Virus record (IMG/VR): IMGVR_UViG_3300037461_001289
Direction: 5' to 3' (one strand)
DNA length: 64,000 nucleotides
Source: a virus
Part shown: positions 7,824 to 16,770 of the stretch, piece by piece
How the letters are laid out: every line of letters starts with the position of its first letter
Position numbering within the stretch: the stretch's first letter is position 1
The notes under the pieces: model-generated
Databases searched by the model: none
What the model saw: the letters and a program-made list of their open reading frames with translations, nothing else
What the model was told of the DNA's origin: nothing
Position numbers and translations under genes: made by a program

Positions 7824-8170
7824 CAGATACTCGATTGTCGCGCGGCCGAGGAGCCGAGGACATGACCGACGGTATCGACAACCTGGAAACGATGGTCGCG
7901 CGGCTGACCGCCGAGAACGCGCGGCTGCGCGCAGAGGTGGAGTCGCTGCGGTCGGAACTTGGACATAACGCCAAACTGCTGACCGCCGACCTCGCCCGCG
8001 TGACGGCAGATCGGGATGCGCTGGTGGTGGCGCTCGACGCGGCGGCTCGCTCGCTGGAATGGATCGCGAGTTACGGCATCCGTGACGAAGATCCCGAGTC
8101 GCTACGGCAGTACACGGCCAACCGAGCGTGTGTGGCTCGTGCCGTGGCGGGTGCCAAGGTGGGCCAGTGA
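7820..8170 (+). CDS. Coiled-coil hypothetical protein
   Basis: Heptad pattern LTAENARLRAEVESL; coupled to neighbours. Confidence 0.6.
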   Translation: MTDTRLSRGRGAEDMTDGIDNLETMVARLTAENARLRAEVESLRSELGHNAKLLTADLARVTADRDALVVALDAAARSLEWIASYGIRDEDPESLRQYTANRACVARAVAGAKVGQ

Positions 8171-8559
8171 CCATCACGCGAGATAAGCTAGTCGAGGCTC
8201 TGCGGCTCCACCGGGCGCCACTCGTCGAGGCCGACGAGTGGCGCCCCCTGGCCGACCATGTTCTCGAACTGGCCGCGCACGGCATGCTGGAACAAGAACC
8301 GCCGGACGTTCCCGCCAGCCCCGAGACGACCGGGCACTCCTGGCACAGCATCGGCGACGGCTACCTCGAATCTATCTGGCGGTTGCGGCGGTGCCTCGCC
8401 ATCATGCGCTCCAACTTGCGCGCACCTGACTCGTGGAATGAAATGCGGCTCCATCAAAAAAGGGTGGCATGGCATGCCTTCACGGCAACAAAGAAGCAAT
8501 ACGTCAACCCGAAGAATTACGAACTGGTCCTGCGGCCGAAGAAGCGCAACGTGAGGTAG
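8167..8559 (+). CDS. Hypothetical protein
   Basis: GTG 8167 overlaps previous stop; open frame. Confidence 0.55.
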   Translation: MTITRDKLVEALRLHRAPLVEADEWRPLADHVLELAAHGMLEQEPPDVPASPETTGHSWHSIGDGYLESIWRLRRCLAIMRSNLRAPDSWNEMRLHQKRVAWHAFTATKKQYVNPKNYELVLRPKKRNVR

Positions 8560-8561
8560 CT

Positions 8562-8756
8562 ATGCTGCTCTGGTGCGAGTCGTGCAACGCCGAAGTTACT
8601 CCGAGACCGTGCGCGCTGTGCAACGGTTGGTGAGATAAGTGGTACTGCCCGCACTGCGCTCACGAGATCGGCACGCCGAACGAAGACGTCCGGTTCCCCG
8701 AGGGGCGCGAGTCTGGGTGGGTCCGGCGCACCGACGGGGACACCGACGGCAAGTAG
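8562..8756 (+). pseudogene. Triple-CxxC zinc-ribbon ORF interrupted by in-frame TGA (8631-8633)
   Basis: MLLWCESC...CALCNGW*DKWYCPHC...DGK*. Confidence 0.45.
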
Positions 8757-8802
8757 CAGAACAAATGGCTGTTTGTCCGACGAGGGGTAGCGAAAAGACG
8801 TG

Positions 8803-8840
8803 TGATTACGCGTACTTAGGCACGTAACTACGCGTAATCA
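8803..8840. repeat. Inverted repeat, candidate tyrosine-recombinase (lox/dif-like) site
   Basis: TGATTACGCGTACTTA-GGCACG-TAACTACGCGTAATCA: 16-bp arms with one mismatch, 6-bp asymmetric core, about 95 bp upstream of the recombinase. Confidence 0.6.
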
Positions 8841-8875
8841 TTAGACTTTCCGGCTTTTCGCCGGCGGCGTTGTTC

Positions 8876-8891
8876 TATAATACGCGCGTAT
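8876..8891 (+). promoter_or_regulatory. -10 element TATAAT overlapping palindrome ATACGCGCGTAT upstream of recombinase
   Basis: Perfect TATAAT 8876-8881; no clear -35; palindrome resembles the IR arm core TACGCG. Confidence 0.45.
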
Positions 8892-8934
8892 GATACGATG
8901 GCTCGACATGCCGCGATGGAAAGGGCGTAACACG

Positions 8935-9873
8935 GTGAGCACCGCGCTCGTACGACGCGACGACGCGCGACCGCCGACGGGGCTTGCGTTGCCGCCGCGA
9001 CAGCTCGCAGCGGCGCAGCGCTATCTCGCTGCGGCCCGCGCGCCAAACACACATCTGGCGCGCCGGGCTGATTGGCGCGTGTTCACGGCGTGGTGCGACG
9101 CCAACGCGCGGCCAGCGCTGCCGGCCGGGGTCGACACCGTCTTCTCGTTCCTGCTCGATCAGGTCGACATGCACGCGAAGAAGCCGGCGACGCTGGCGCG
9201 TTACTTGACGTCCATCGCGACGGCGCACGGCGGTGCTGGGCTGCCTGACCCGACCAAGGAGAAGCGGATCGCTGAGCTGATGGACGGGGTCCGGCGAGTA
9301 CGCGGGACGCGGCAGCGGCTCGCGGCACCGGTGACCCACGAGGTGCTCACGGCTGTGAAGCCGCATTGCGACTTGCGCGATTGGGCGGTCGTGTGCTTCG
9401 GGCAGGCGCTTGCAGCGCGGCGGTCGGAGCTGTGCGCCCTTGACGTGGCCGACCTCAAGTTCGAGGCGCAGGGCGTCGCGGTCACGTTCCGCCGGTCGAA
9501 GACCGATCAAGAGGGCAAGGGCGCGGTGATCGGGGTGCGTCGGCTGCCCGGGTCGCCGCTGTGCCCGGTCGCGGCGCTCGAGGCGTACCTGCAGGGGCGC
9601 GCCAGCGGGCCGGTGTTCCGCGGGACGCGGGCGGCGCACCTGACGCCGATGGAGGTCCACCGCACGGTCAAGCGGGTCGTGGCGGCGGCCGGGTACGACC
9701 CGGCGCTGTACTCCGGCCACAGCCTGCGGGCGGGGTACGTCACCGACGCCCGCCGCGCGGGTCAGTCGTGGACAGCGATCATGGGGCATACGCGGCACAG
9801 CGACCTCAAGACGGTGAAGGGGTACGCGCGCTATGACGTCGATCCATTCGCCACCGCGCCCAAAGAGGCATAG
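8935..9873 (+). CDS. Tyrosine recombinase, Cre-like with N-terminal SAM-like domain
   Basis: Catalytic residues ARRSEL (R), SKTD (K), GHSLRAG (HxxR), HTRH, VKGY (Y); GTG start after GGAAAGGG. Confidence 0.9.
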   Translation: MSTALVRRDDARPPTGLALPPRQLAAAQRYLAAARAPNTHLARRADWRVFTAWCDANARPALPAGVDTVFSFLLDQVDMHAKKPATLARYLTSIATAHGGAGLPDPTKEKRIAELMDGVRRVRGTRQRLAAPVTHEVLTAVKPHCDLRDWAVVCFGQALAARRSELCALDVADLKFEAQGVAVTFRRSKTDQEGKGAVIGVRRLPGSPLCPVAALEAYLQGRASGPVFRGTRAAHLTPMEVHRTVKRVVAAAGYDPALYSGHSLRAGYVTDARRAGQSWTAIMGHTRHSDLKTVKGYARYDVDPFATAPKEA

Positions 9874-9883
9874 AATGCGAGCC

Positions 9884-10093
9884 ATGCCGACGAAACGCGC
9901 CCCGAAGTCAGCACCGCTGCTGCCCACCTACGAGGAGGCGGCGCTGTACTTCGGTGCGCCGAGCGACGACGATCTGTGCCTGGTCATCGCCTTGAACGCC
10001 TACCGCGACCGCACTGGGCGTGACATCGAGGAATTCAAGGCCGGGATGCAGCTGTTGTGGGCGCACAGCGCCAAGGCCGAGGTCGGTGCATGA
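9884..10093 (+). CDS. Small hypothetical protein
   Basis: ATG 9884; ATGA-coupled to next gene. Confidence 0.5.
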   Translation: MPTKRAPKSAPLLPTYEEAALYFGAPSDDDLCLVIALNAYRDRTGRDIEEFKAGMQLLWAHSAKAEVGA

Positions 10094-10377
10094 GCGAGAA
10101 ACGGACTGCGGAGGGGCAATTCGTGCGGCGCGGGTGGCGGAAGCACCCGCCGCTGCCGTCGCCCGGCGACGCCGGCGACAAGCTGCTGTTGTGCTCAGGG
10201 CGGCGCATGATGCCGGTGTTCGTGGTCGACGGCCGCGTCAACGCTGTTGGCACGTCGCCGGAGTGCCGGCGCCTGATCGGGTTGTCGGTCGCGGCGTTGC
10301 ACGCCTACGCCGCCGGCCGGGGCTGGAAGGTCGTGGCGGCGCCGGCGCGGACCAACGTACTGCCGGAGGGGCTCTGA
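10090..10377 (+). CDS. Small hypothetical protein
   Basis: Coupled at both ends. Confidence 0.55.
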   Translation: MSEKRTAEGQFVRRGWRKHPPLPSPGDAGDKLLLCSGRRMMPVFVVDGRVNAVGTSPECRRLIGLSVAALHAYAAGRGWKVVAAPARTNVLPEGL

Positions 10378-10526
10378 TGTGGGTCGTCCTGGGGGTGTTC
10401 CTGCTCGTGTCGTTTGCCGTGACCGCGCTGGCGGGGTTGAGCGGGTGGTTGGAGCAACGCCGCGCCGACCGTCTGCGCGACCGCTTCGGGCACGTGCACT
10501 TCCCCGACGATCCGGTGCGCCCATGA
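10377..10526 (+). CDS. Small membrane protein
   Basis: MWVVLGVFLLVSFAVTALAGL hydrophobic segment; coupled at both ends. Confidence 0.55.
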   Translation: MWVVLGVFLLVSFAVTALAGLSGWLEQRRADRLRDRFGHVHFPDDPVRP

Positions 10527-10828
10527 CGAGGCGGGTGATTACACACCGCGTCGTCTCCGCGCCGGTCGTCGCGCTGCCTGAGGCGCTCGCGGGGCTGCGC
10601 GATCAGCACGGTACGCTCGGCCTGATCGGGTTCCTGGCGCAGTTGGAGCAGCAGGACGCCGACCGGCGCCGGCGCTGCCTCGAGCCGACGCCGGCGGCCG
10701 ACGCGGCGCAGATGGCCGACGCCCTGTGGGCGTTGTGGGCGTTCCTGGCGCAGGCGTGCCGGCGGCACGAGCCCGCCTGTCGCGCGCCGACGCGCCCCGA
10801 GGTCGACGTGGTCGGGAGGCTGTCATGA
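10523..10828 (+). CDS. Hypothetical protein
   Basis: ATGA coupling; open frame. Confidence 0.5.
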   Translation: MTRRVITHRVVSAPVVALPEALAGLRDQHGTLGLIGFLAQLEQQDADRRRRCLEPTPAADAAQMADALWALWAFLAQACRRHEPACRAPTRPEVDVVGRLS

Positions 10829-11115
10829 GCTGGCGCAAGTGGGTATACGACCGGCTGCCGACCAAGCTGACCGACTCGGTCGAGTACGACGTCGGCGCGC
10901 TCGTCGGCGACGACGCCCGGGCGCACCGGCTGTCGTGGTTGACCCTGTGGCACGCTTCGCTCGCGAGCCTGTTCGCGTCGCTGCTGGCGCGGCAGCTCGA
11001 GGCGCTGCGGCAGCACGGGGTGCAGCCGAGCGTCCGCCGCGCCGTCGCGACGCGGCTGACCGACGCGATCCGCTTTTCCGTCGGCGCCGGTCGGCCGACG
11101 GCCGTACGCAACTGA
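10825..11115 (+). CDS. Hypothetical protein
   Basis: GGGAGG SD plus ATGA overlap. Confidence 0.55.
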   Translation: MSWRKWVYDRLPTKLTDSVEYDVGALVGDDARAHRLSWLTLWHASLASLFASLLARQLEALRQHGVQPSVRRAVATRLTDAIRFSVGAGRPTAVRN

Positions 11116-11127
11116 CAGGAGGGAACC

Positions 11128-11769
11128 ATGATCGAGCTTGCCGCCCCTGACCTCGCCTGGATGGCGCGGGTCCATCGCCCGGACGAGGGCGTTCACAGCC
11201 CCACGCAGCTGCTTGAGACCCGCAACGAGCAAGGCCACGTCTTCATCCCCGAGCCCCACGGCCTGTGCGTCCGCGGCGACGTCGCCTGCGTCCACCGGGG
11301 CCTGCTGCCCGGCGTGCCGGCCGCGCCCGATGCCGCCTTGGCCACGTGGGCGGTGCAGACGTTCTTTGAGACCGCGGGGCTCCAGCCGGTGCGGCTGCTG
11401 ACGCTCGACGGCCTGCAACGGTGGGTCCGCGATGCGCCGGCGCCGTTGGTGTCGATCTGCACGACGTGCGGCGGCGACGGCATCGATCCGAACGGCAAGC
11501 CCGACGACGAGGGCCGGCGCGAGGCGTGCCCGACGTGCCACGGTGAGCCGCGCCACGTCGACGAGTCCGGCGCCTACGTCGAGGTCGGGCCGATCAAGGT
11601 CGTGCTCAGCGCGCTGCGGCCGTTCCTGAAGCACCTCGGTGGCGCGAACGTCGCGTTGGCGACCGCGCCCCGGGTCGGCGTGCCGGGGGCGTGGGACCTG
11701 CACGTGCGGGACGCTGATGTCGCAGCGGGGAAAGACGGGGCGTGGCGGGTGACGCTGCTGGGGTTCTAG
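11128..11769 (+). CDS. Protein with DnaJ-type zinc-finger repeats
   Basis: CTTCGGDG and CPTCHGE; SD CAGGAGG; last gene before strand switch. Confidence 0.6.
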   Translation: MIELAAPDLAWMARVHRPDEGVHSPTQLLETRNEQGHVFIPEPHGLCVRGDVACVHRGLLPGVPAAPDAALATWAVQTFFETAGLQPVRLLTLDGLQRWVRDAPAPLVSICTTCGGDGIDPNGKPDDEGRREACPTCHGEPRHVDESGAYVEVGPIKVVLSALRPFLKHLGGANVALATAPRVGVPGAWDLHVRDADVAAGKDGAWRVTLLGF

Positions 11770-12827
11770 GCGTACCAGTTGACCCAGTAGTCGGCCTGCT
11801 CGGTGCTGACGATGTCCAGTTGCAACGGACGTAGCAGGCCGCCCGAGACGAATTCAGGGATGTTCTGCGAGCCCAGATGCGGCGAAATGCCAGTTGCCGC
11901 AACCGTCATCCACCCCGGTCCCGGGGTCACTCCATTGAGGAAGACTGCGAGCGAGGTCGGCGAGTCGTTGGTGGCGGTGATCACGCCTGAGTAGCCAAAG
12001 CGCCGCGCGCCGACCGGGATCAAGAAGGTTCCGGTGCCCGCGGGGGCGATAGCTATCGGGCCGTCTTCGAGGATCGGCGTCTCATGATCCACCTCCCCCA
12101 CCGTCAGGTACGGCGTGAGGACGAGCGCCGCTAGGTTCACGCCGCCGGCGGTGAACCGCAGCCGGTACACGTTGCAGCCGACCGCGCGTGCCGTCGGGAA
12201 CGCGAACGCCTCGCCGATGGCGCCGAGCCACTGCTCGGTGACCGCCGTCGTGGCGCCGCCGTCGCGCGATTGGTCGATGAAGAGGGTGCCGGCCTGGTCT
12301 ATCGAGCCGACGAGGTTGAGCTTGTCGTACGGCCCCCAGGTCGTCCAGGCGCCGGTGTACGTCGCGGCGGCCAGCAGCGCCAGCGGCGGGACGTTGCCGT
12401 TGTCGAGGTACTCGCGGGTCCTACAGTCCGTCGGCGAAAAAAAAAGCTGAGTGCTCAGCAGGAAGGTGGCCTGCGCGCCCGCGCCGTTGACGTACCGCAC
12501 CCGGCCGAACCGCATGCGCCGGGGCACCGGGCCGCTGTCGTAGAGCACGCCCGCGAGCGCCGAGCCGGCGGCCTCGGTGGCGTGCTGTGTGATGCCGTTC
12601 ATGCTCCAATCGATGTGCACGCCGCCGACCGCCGAGGCCACATTCGAGAGCGACTGCACGCGGATCTCGTTGTACGCCGACCAATCCTCGAAGAGGCCGG
12701 TGTACGTGGCACCGCCGGCGAGGGTGACGGCCGTCGAGTTTTCCGGCGACGCCGCGACGGGGCCGGCGTACAGGATGCCGTTGACGACGGGGAACCCCTG
12801 AGTGTTGAAACCGAGCGGCAGAGCCAT
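11766..12827 (-). CDS. Putative virion protein of three tandem beta-sandwich domains
   Basis: Internal repeat GGATYTGLFEDW...HIDWSMNG / AAATYTGAWTTW...FIDQSRDG; strand-rich, Gly/Thr-rich. Confidence 0.5.
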   Translation of the reverse strand: MALPLGFNTQGFPVVNGILYAGPVAASPENSTAVTLAGGATYTGLFEDWSAYNEIRVQSLSNVASAVGGVHIDWSMNGITQHATEAAGSALAGVLYDSGPVPRRMRFGRVRYVNGAGAQATFLLSTQLFFSPTDCRTREYLDNGNVPPLALLAAATYTGAWTTWGPYDKLNLVGSIDQAGTLFIDQSRDGGATTAVTEQWLGAIGEAFAFPTARAVGCNVYRLRFTAGGVNLAALVLTPYLTVGEVDHETPILEDGPIAIAPAGTGTFLIPVGARRFGYSGVITATNDSPTSLAVFLNGVTPGPGWMTVAATGISPHLGSQNIPEFVSGGLLRPLQLDIVSTEQADYWVNWYA

Positions 12828-12835
12828 AGATCACC

Positions 12836-13768
12836 TCACTCCAAAGCGTTGTCGCGGCGGGCCGCCGCGAGGTCAAACCACGGGTGTGACTCGTATTGTA
12901 CCCGGTTTTCCCGGGCTGCGGCGGGCTCATCGGGGTCGGGGTACTTGCACTCAAAGCCGGTGTACTGGCATTCCCGGTCAAGCCGCCCGCAGACGCGCGG
13001 GTCGAAGGCGACCAGCTCGGCCGGCGTCCACGGCTCGTTCGCACGGAGCCGCTCCGCGGTCCGGCGGGCCGCCGCCAGCGCCCCGACGATGTGCAGGCAG
13101 CGCGGGTGGGGCGCGGTGCGCGCGCCGTGGTCGTGGCCGACCACTGCGACGTCCTCGTGGCGGACGAAGCGCACCCCGGCGAGCCGCAGGCGCAGCGTGA
13201 AGTCGACGTCCCCGCCGCTAGCACCGTCGAAGCGCTCGTCCCAACCGTTCAGCTCGTCGGCCACGGCGCGCGGGTAGGCGCAGATGCCGCCGATGATCTC
13301 CTCGGCCCCGAGTGGACCGAGCGGCTGCGGCCCGTAGGCCACGCTGGCGTCGGTCTGGCTCAGCACCGCGGCGGGGTACAGCCCGGCGACGGCCAGCTGC
13401 GCCGTCCGCCACAGGGCGCGCGGGCTCAGCTCGTAGCAGTCGTCGAGCCCGACGACCACGTCGCCGCGGGCGTAGACGAGGCCGGTGTTGCGGGCGGCGT
13501 TGGGGGCGAAGGCGCCTTGGCGCGTCCAGGGCGTCGCGCGCGGACGGAGGCAGCGGACGCCGCCGAGCGTGTGCCGACAGGCGTGCGCGACCTCGCGGCG
13601 CGGCAGCGGGTTGTCCCGGTCGACGATGACGACCTCGTAGTCGATGAACGGGTGGCCGGCGTCGTCGGTCTGCGCCGCCAGGCTCTCCGCGAGGAGGTCA
13701 TATTGCCCAAGCGGGCCGCGCGTCAGCGGGTAGAGCCCCCGGCTGGTGATGTAGAGCAGGGTCAACAT
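12836..13768 (-). CDS. GT2-like glycosyltransferase
   Basis: YEVVIVD, ARNTGLVYARGDVVVGLDD, GWDERFDGASGGDVDF. Confidence 0.8.
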   Translation of the reverse strand: MLTLLYITSRGLYPLTRGPLGQYDLLAESLAAQTDDAGHPFIDYEVVIVDRDNPLPRREVAHACRHTLGGVRCLRPRATPWTRQGAFAPNAARNTGLVYARGDVVVGLDDCYELSPRALWRTAQLAVAGLYPAAVLSQTDASVAYGPQPLGPLGAEEIIGGICAYPRAVADELNGWDERFDGASGGDVDFTLRLRLAGVRFVRHEDVAVVGHDHGARTAPHPRCLHIVGALAAARRTAERLRANEPWTPAELVAFDPRVCGRLDRECQYTGFECKYPDPDEPAAARENRVQYESHPWFDLAAARRDNALE

Positions 13769-14850
13769 GTTAGCCCCTTGGCCCGGCGGACCGCGTCCAC
13801 GATGGCGAGCAGCTCCAACATACGTGCGTCCCAGGTGTGGAGCTTGCCCAGCTCGGCCGCTGCGTGACGCAGCGCGGGCCACCGAGGGCTGTCTGGCGTC
13901 GCCAGGATAGCGTCGACGTGCGCCTGCAGCTCCGCCCAGGTCGTCCACAGCAGGCAGTTGACGCCGTCCACGAGTCCGAGCCCCTCGCAGTCGGGGAACC
14001 GCTCGACGAGGCACAGCGACCCCGAGCACAGCATGCGGATCAGCCGGTCGCTCGTGTAGCGCGCGATGTTGTTGTCGATGCTGATCGACAAGGCCGCGCG
14101 GGCGGAGCTGTAGACGGCGGCCTCAGCGGTCAGGTGGACATTGCCGTGCCCGCTGCCGTTCAGCCCCCAGTTTTGCCCAAACACCCCGAACCGGTCACCG
14201 TACTTGGCGGCCATGGCGGCGGCGATGGCCTTGCGCATCACGTAGCGCCCGGGGACCTCCCAGTTGTTGGCGAGGAAGACGACGTCCGGGCCGCCCGGGG
14301 TAGGGGGCAGCGGGTGGAAGAGGTGGTCGTCGGCGCCGGCCTCAAGAAACCCCGGCCGGACCACGCCGAGCTGCGCGTACTCGGCCTGATGCTGCGTCTC
14401 CGCCGTCAAGCTGGCGTCGATGACCGCGCCGAGCTGCTTGAACCAATCGCGGTGGGCCGAGCGCGGCGGCCAGTGCATGTCACCGTCCCACTGGACGATG
14501 ACGGCGTTAGGGGCGAGGACCGGGCGAATGCGCGCGACGTAGTCGGCGGTCAGCTCGCACGCGCCTTGCACTTGCATGAAGACGAGCGTGGCGTTGATGC
14601 GCCCGCCCTCACACACGATCTGATCGGTGAGCGCCCCGGGGAACGGCAGGCAGGCGACGTGGTCGATCTGCGTGTAGGCCGTGGCGATGGTGCCGAAGGC
14701 CCGCGGCAAGGAGTTGGTGATGTCGGCGCGCGGGTAGAGCGCGACGTGCAGCACGCGCTCGGTCCGGCGTGGGGTAGCGGCCAGGGGCAGACACCCCGGT
14801 GCGGGCGTCAGCAACCAAGGCCAGCTGGCGCTAGCGCGGCGCTCGATCAT
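13762..14850 (-). CDS. CgeB-like (GT-B) glycosyltransferase
   Basis: DVVFLAN...FGVFGQNW...YSSARAALSI...YTSDRLIRMLCSGSLCL. Confidence 0.75.
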   Translation of the reverse strand: MIERRASASWPWLLTPAPGCLPLAATPRRTERVLHVALYPRADITNSLPRAFGTIATAYTQIDHVACLPFPGALTDQIVCEGGRINATLVFMQVQGACELTADYVARIRPVLAPNAVIVQWDGDMHWPPRSAHRDWFKQLGAVIDASLTAETQHQAEYAQLGVVRPGFLEAGADDHLFHPLPPTPGGPDVVFLANNWEVPGRYVMRKAIAAAMAAKYGDRFGVFGQNWGLNGSGHGNVHLTAEAAVYSSARAALSISIDNNIARYTSDRLIRMLCSGSLCLVERFPDCEGLGLVDGVNCLLWTTWAELQAHVDAILATPDSPRWPALRHAAAELGKLHTWDARMLELLAIVDAVRRAKGLTC

Positions 14851-15509
14851 CGACAGTCCTCGGGCGTGATCGTCACCCACGGGCGCGGATCGGCGGGCCA
14901 GCCGTAGTAGATGACGTGGTTGATGACCGGCACCGCGTCCGGCGGGATCAGCTCGCGGCGCACGAGGAAGGCGTTGAAGTGATGCACGTGCGCCAGCACG
15001 TAGTCGTGGGCCTCACCGAGCAGGCGAAAGGCCGCCACAGTCGCACCGAAGTACGCGGTGTTGGCGAACACGAAGCCCGGGTCGTAGTGGATGGCCAGCG
15101 CCGGCTCGGCCGGGTGGGCGTTGTTGACCTCGCAGACGATGACCCGCGGCGCGTAAGTGCGCAGCAACGCCCGCAGCACGTACCAATCGAAGCCGTCGAT
15201 GTCGAGGCTGAGGAGATCGAACTCGCCCGGCGTGTTGTACTTGGCGAGGATGTCGCCGACGTTCTCCGCCGTGATCCGCGCCTGGTTGACGTCGCCGGCG
15301 TAGGCCGCGTCGAACCGCGCGCCGTGCCAACCGGCCTCAAGGAAGAGGCGGGTGTTCGACAGCGCGGTGCCATCGCCCGCGCCGATGTCGACGAGGTGAC
15401 GGTTGGTCGTGCCGATGGCGGCGAAGATCGCCTCGAGAATGCCCTCCTCACCGGTCTGGCTGTAGACGCGGCGCGCGGTGTTGCCCAGCGTGTCGACCCA
15501 AGTCGTCAT
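14847..15509 (-). CDS. FkbM-like methyltransferase
   Basis: YSQTGEEGIL, VDIGAGDG, LSLDIDGFD, VIVCEVN. Confidence 0.75.
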   Translation of the reverse strand: MTTWVDTLGNTARRVYSQTGEEGILEAIFAAIGTTNRHLVDIGAGDGTALSNTRLFLEAGWHGARFDAAYAGDVNQARITAENVGDILAKYNTPGEFDLLSLDIDGFDWYVLRALLRTYAPRVIVCEVNNAHPAEPALAIHYDPGFVFANTAYFGATVAAFRLLGEAHDYVLAHVHHFNAFLVRRELIPPDAVPVINHVIYYGWPADPRPWVTITPEDCR

Positions 15510-16177
15510 AGGACCCCCAGCTCCTTCAAGACCTCGCAGACCAGCGTCGTGTCCCCGATGTGTACCCCGCCGTCGCTCAGCTCGCAGATCAGCATGCCCT
15601 CGTCGTTGGCGTACTTGGCGTGCACGTCCACGAACAGCAGCCCGCGCGCGACGCACCCGCGCGCGAGGTAGTGGTTGATCAGGCGCGTGTAGTAGGCCCG
15701 CTCGGCGTCACCGCCGGCCGGCGGTACGTTGAGCTGCGACGGCGGCCACTGGATCCCCCAGGAGCGCTCATACGGCGCCGGTGGCGGGACGCTGAGGACA
15801 CCGGTCCGCGCGCCGCGGGTGTCGAGCGCCGCCACGCGGTTGACGTAGTTGGCCACCATGACGGGGACATAGACCTCGGCCGTGGTGCGGTCGTGGTCGA
15901 GCTGCGGCTTGAGGAAGCAGCGCACGTCGCCCTCGCCGCACGAGACGATGACCACGTCCGTCGGCCCGAGCGCGGTGTCACGGACCGCGTCTTGCAGCAG
16001 CGTGTCGTCGACGTGCTCGGTGTCCGCCTCGCTCAGCGCGTAGATCAGCTCGCGGTCCTTGCGCGTGCGCCCCGAGGCGATCCGGCGCATCGTGATCGGA
16101 CCGAGCGCGTGGGGCACCGTCCACGGCACGCCGCGGAACGTGTAGACCGCGTGACTGTCGCCGTAGGTGTGGATCAC
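15506..16177 (-). CDS. SGNH/GDSL-like hydrolase or acyltransferase
   Basis: N-terminal YGDSH block I, GEGD block III, terminal DGGVH. Confidence 0.6.
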   Translation of the reverse strand: MIHTYGDSHAVYTFRGVPWTVPHALGPITMRRIASGRTRKDRELIYALSEADTEHVDDTLLQDAVRDTALGPTDVVIVSCGEGDVRCFLKPQLDHDRTTAEVYVPVMVANYVNRVAALDTRGARTGVLSVPPPAPYERSWGIQWPPSQLNVPPAGGDAERAYYTRLINHYLARGCVARGLLFVDVHAKYANDEGMLICELSDGGVHIGDTTLVCEVLKELGVL

Positions 16178-16770
16178 GGTCGGACCGTCCAGCGCAGGCA
16201 CAGGCTCGGGTAGGCGTGCGGGCTCGGCTCGTCGACGCCGGGCGCGAAGCCGTGCGCCTGGACGAGCGTATCGAGCGAGTGCCGGTTGTAGCTCATCAGG
16301 TGGAACCCCTCGGGCGTGTTGCGCGGGCCGAGCAGGTGGCGCAGCAGCACGAGGTCTTGCGTCGCGATGAACTGCCGCAGCGTCGTGTCGTGGTCCGGCA
16401 CCGACAGGCGCAGCACGCCGCTCGGTTGCAGCACGCGCCGAACCTCGTCGAGCGCGCGATGCGCGTCGGCGAGTGCCAGATGCTCGAAAGACTGCCGCGC
16501 GAGCAGCTCGTCGACCGTCCCGTCGCGCGCCGGGAGGCACGTCCACGCACCGTAGGCGTCGCACACGTACTCCGCCGCCTCGGCGCCGGCCGCGAAGCTG
16601 GCCAGCGTGTCGTGGTCGCGGTGGCGACCGTAGTAGTCATCGCTCGTCGTCGCGTAGCGGGCCACGAGGTCAGGGCGCTCGGCGGCGAGCCACACGCGCG
16701 GGCGCGGCAGATCCACGTTGACCCACCCGTCGGTCAAGTACACCGTGCCGCTGGCCAGGTGGAGCTTCAT
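16174..16770 (-). CDS. Class I SAM methyltransferase (type 11-like)
   Basis: KLHLASG...WVNVD, QSFEHL, VLQPSGVLRLSVPD. Confidence 0.75.
   Translation of the reverse strand: MKLHLASGTVYLTDGWVNVDLPRPRVWLAAERPDLVARYATTSDDYYGRHRDHDTLASFAAGAEAAEYVCDAYGAWTCLPARDGTVDELLARQSFEHLALADAHRALDEVRRVLQPSGVLRLSVPDHDTTLRQFIATQDLVLLRHLLGPRNTPEGFHLMSYNRHSLDTLVQAHGFAPGVDEPSPHAYPSLCLRWTVRP

Noticed and set aside
8631-8633. Genome-wide TGA recoding
   Set aside because: Dozens of genes end in TGA with ATGA/GTGA coupling, so TGA is a normal stop.
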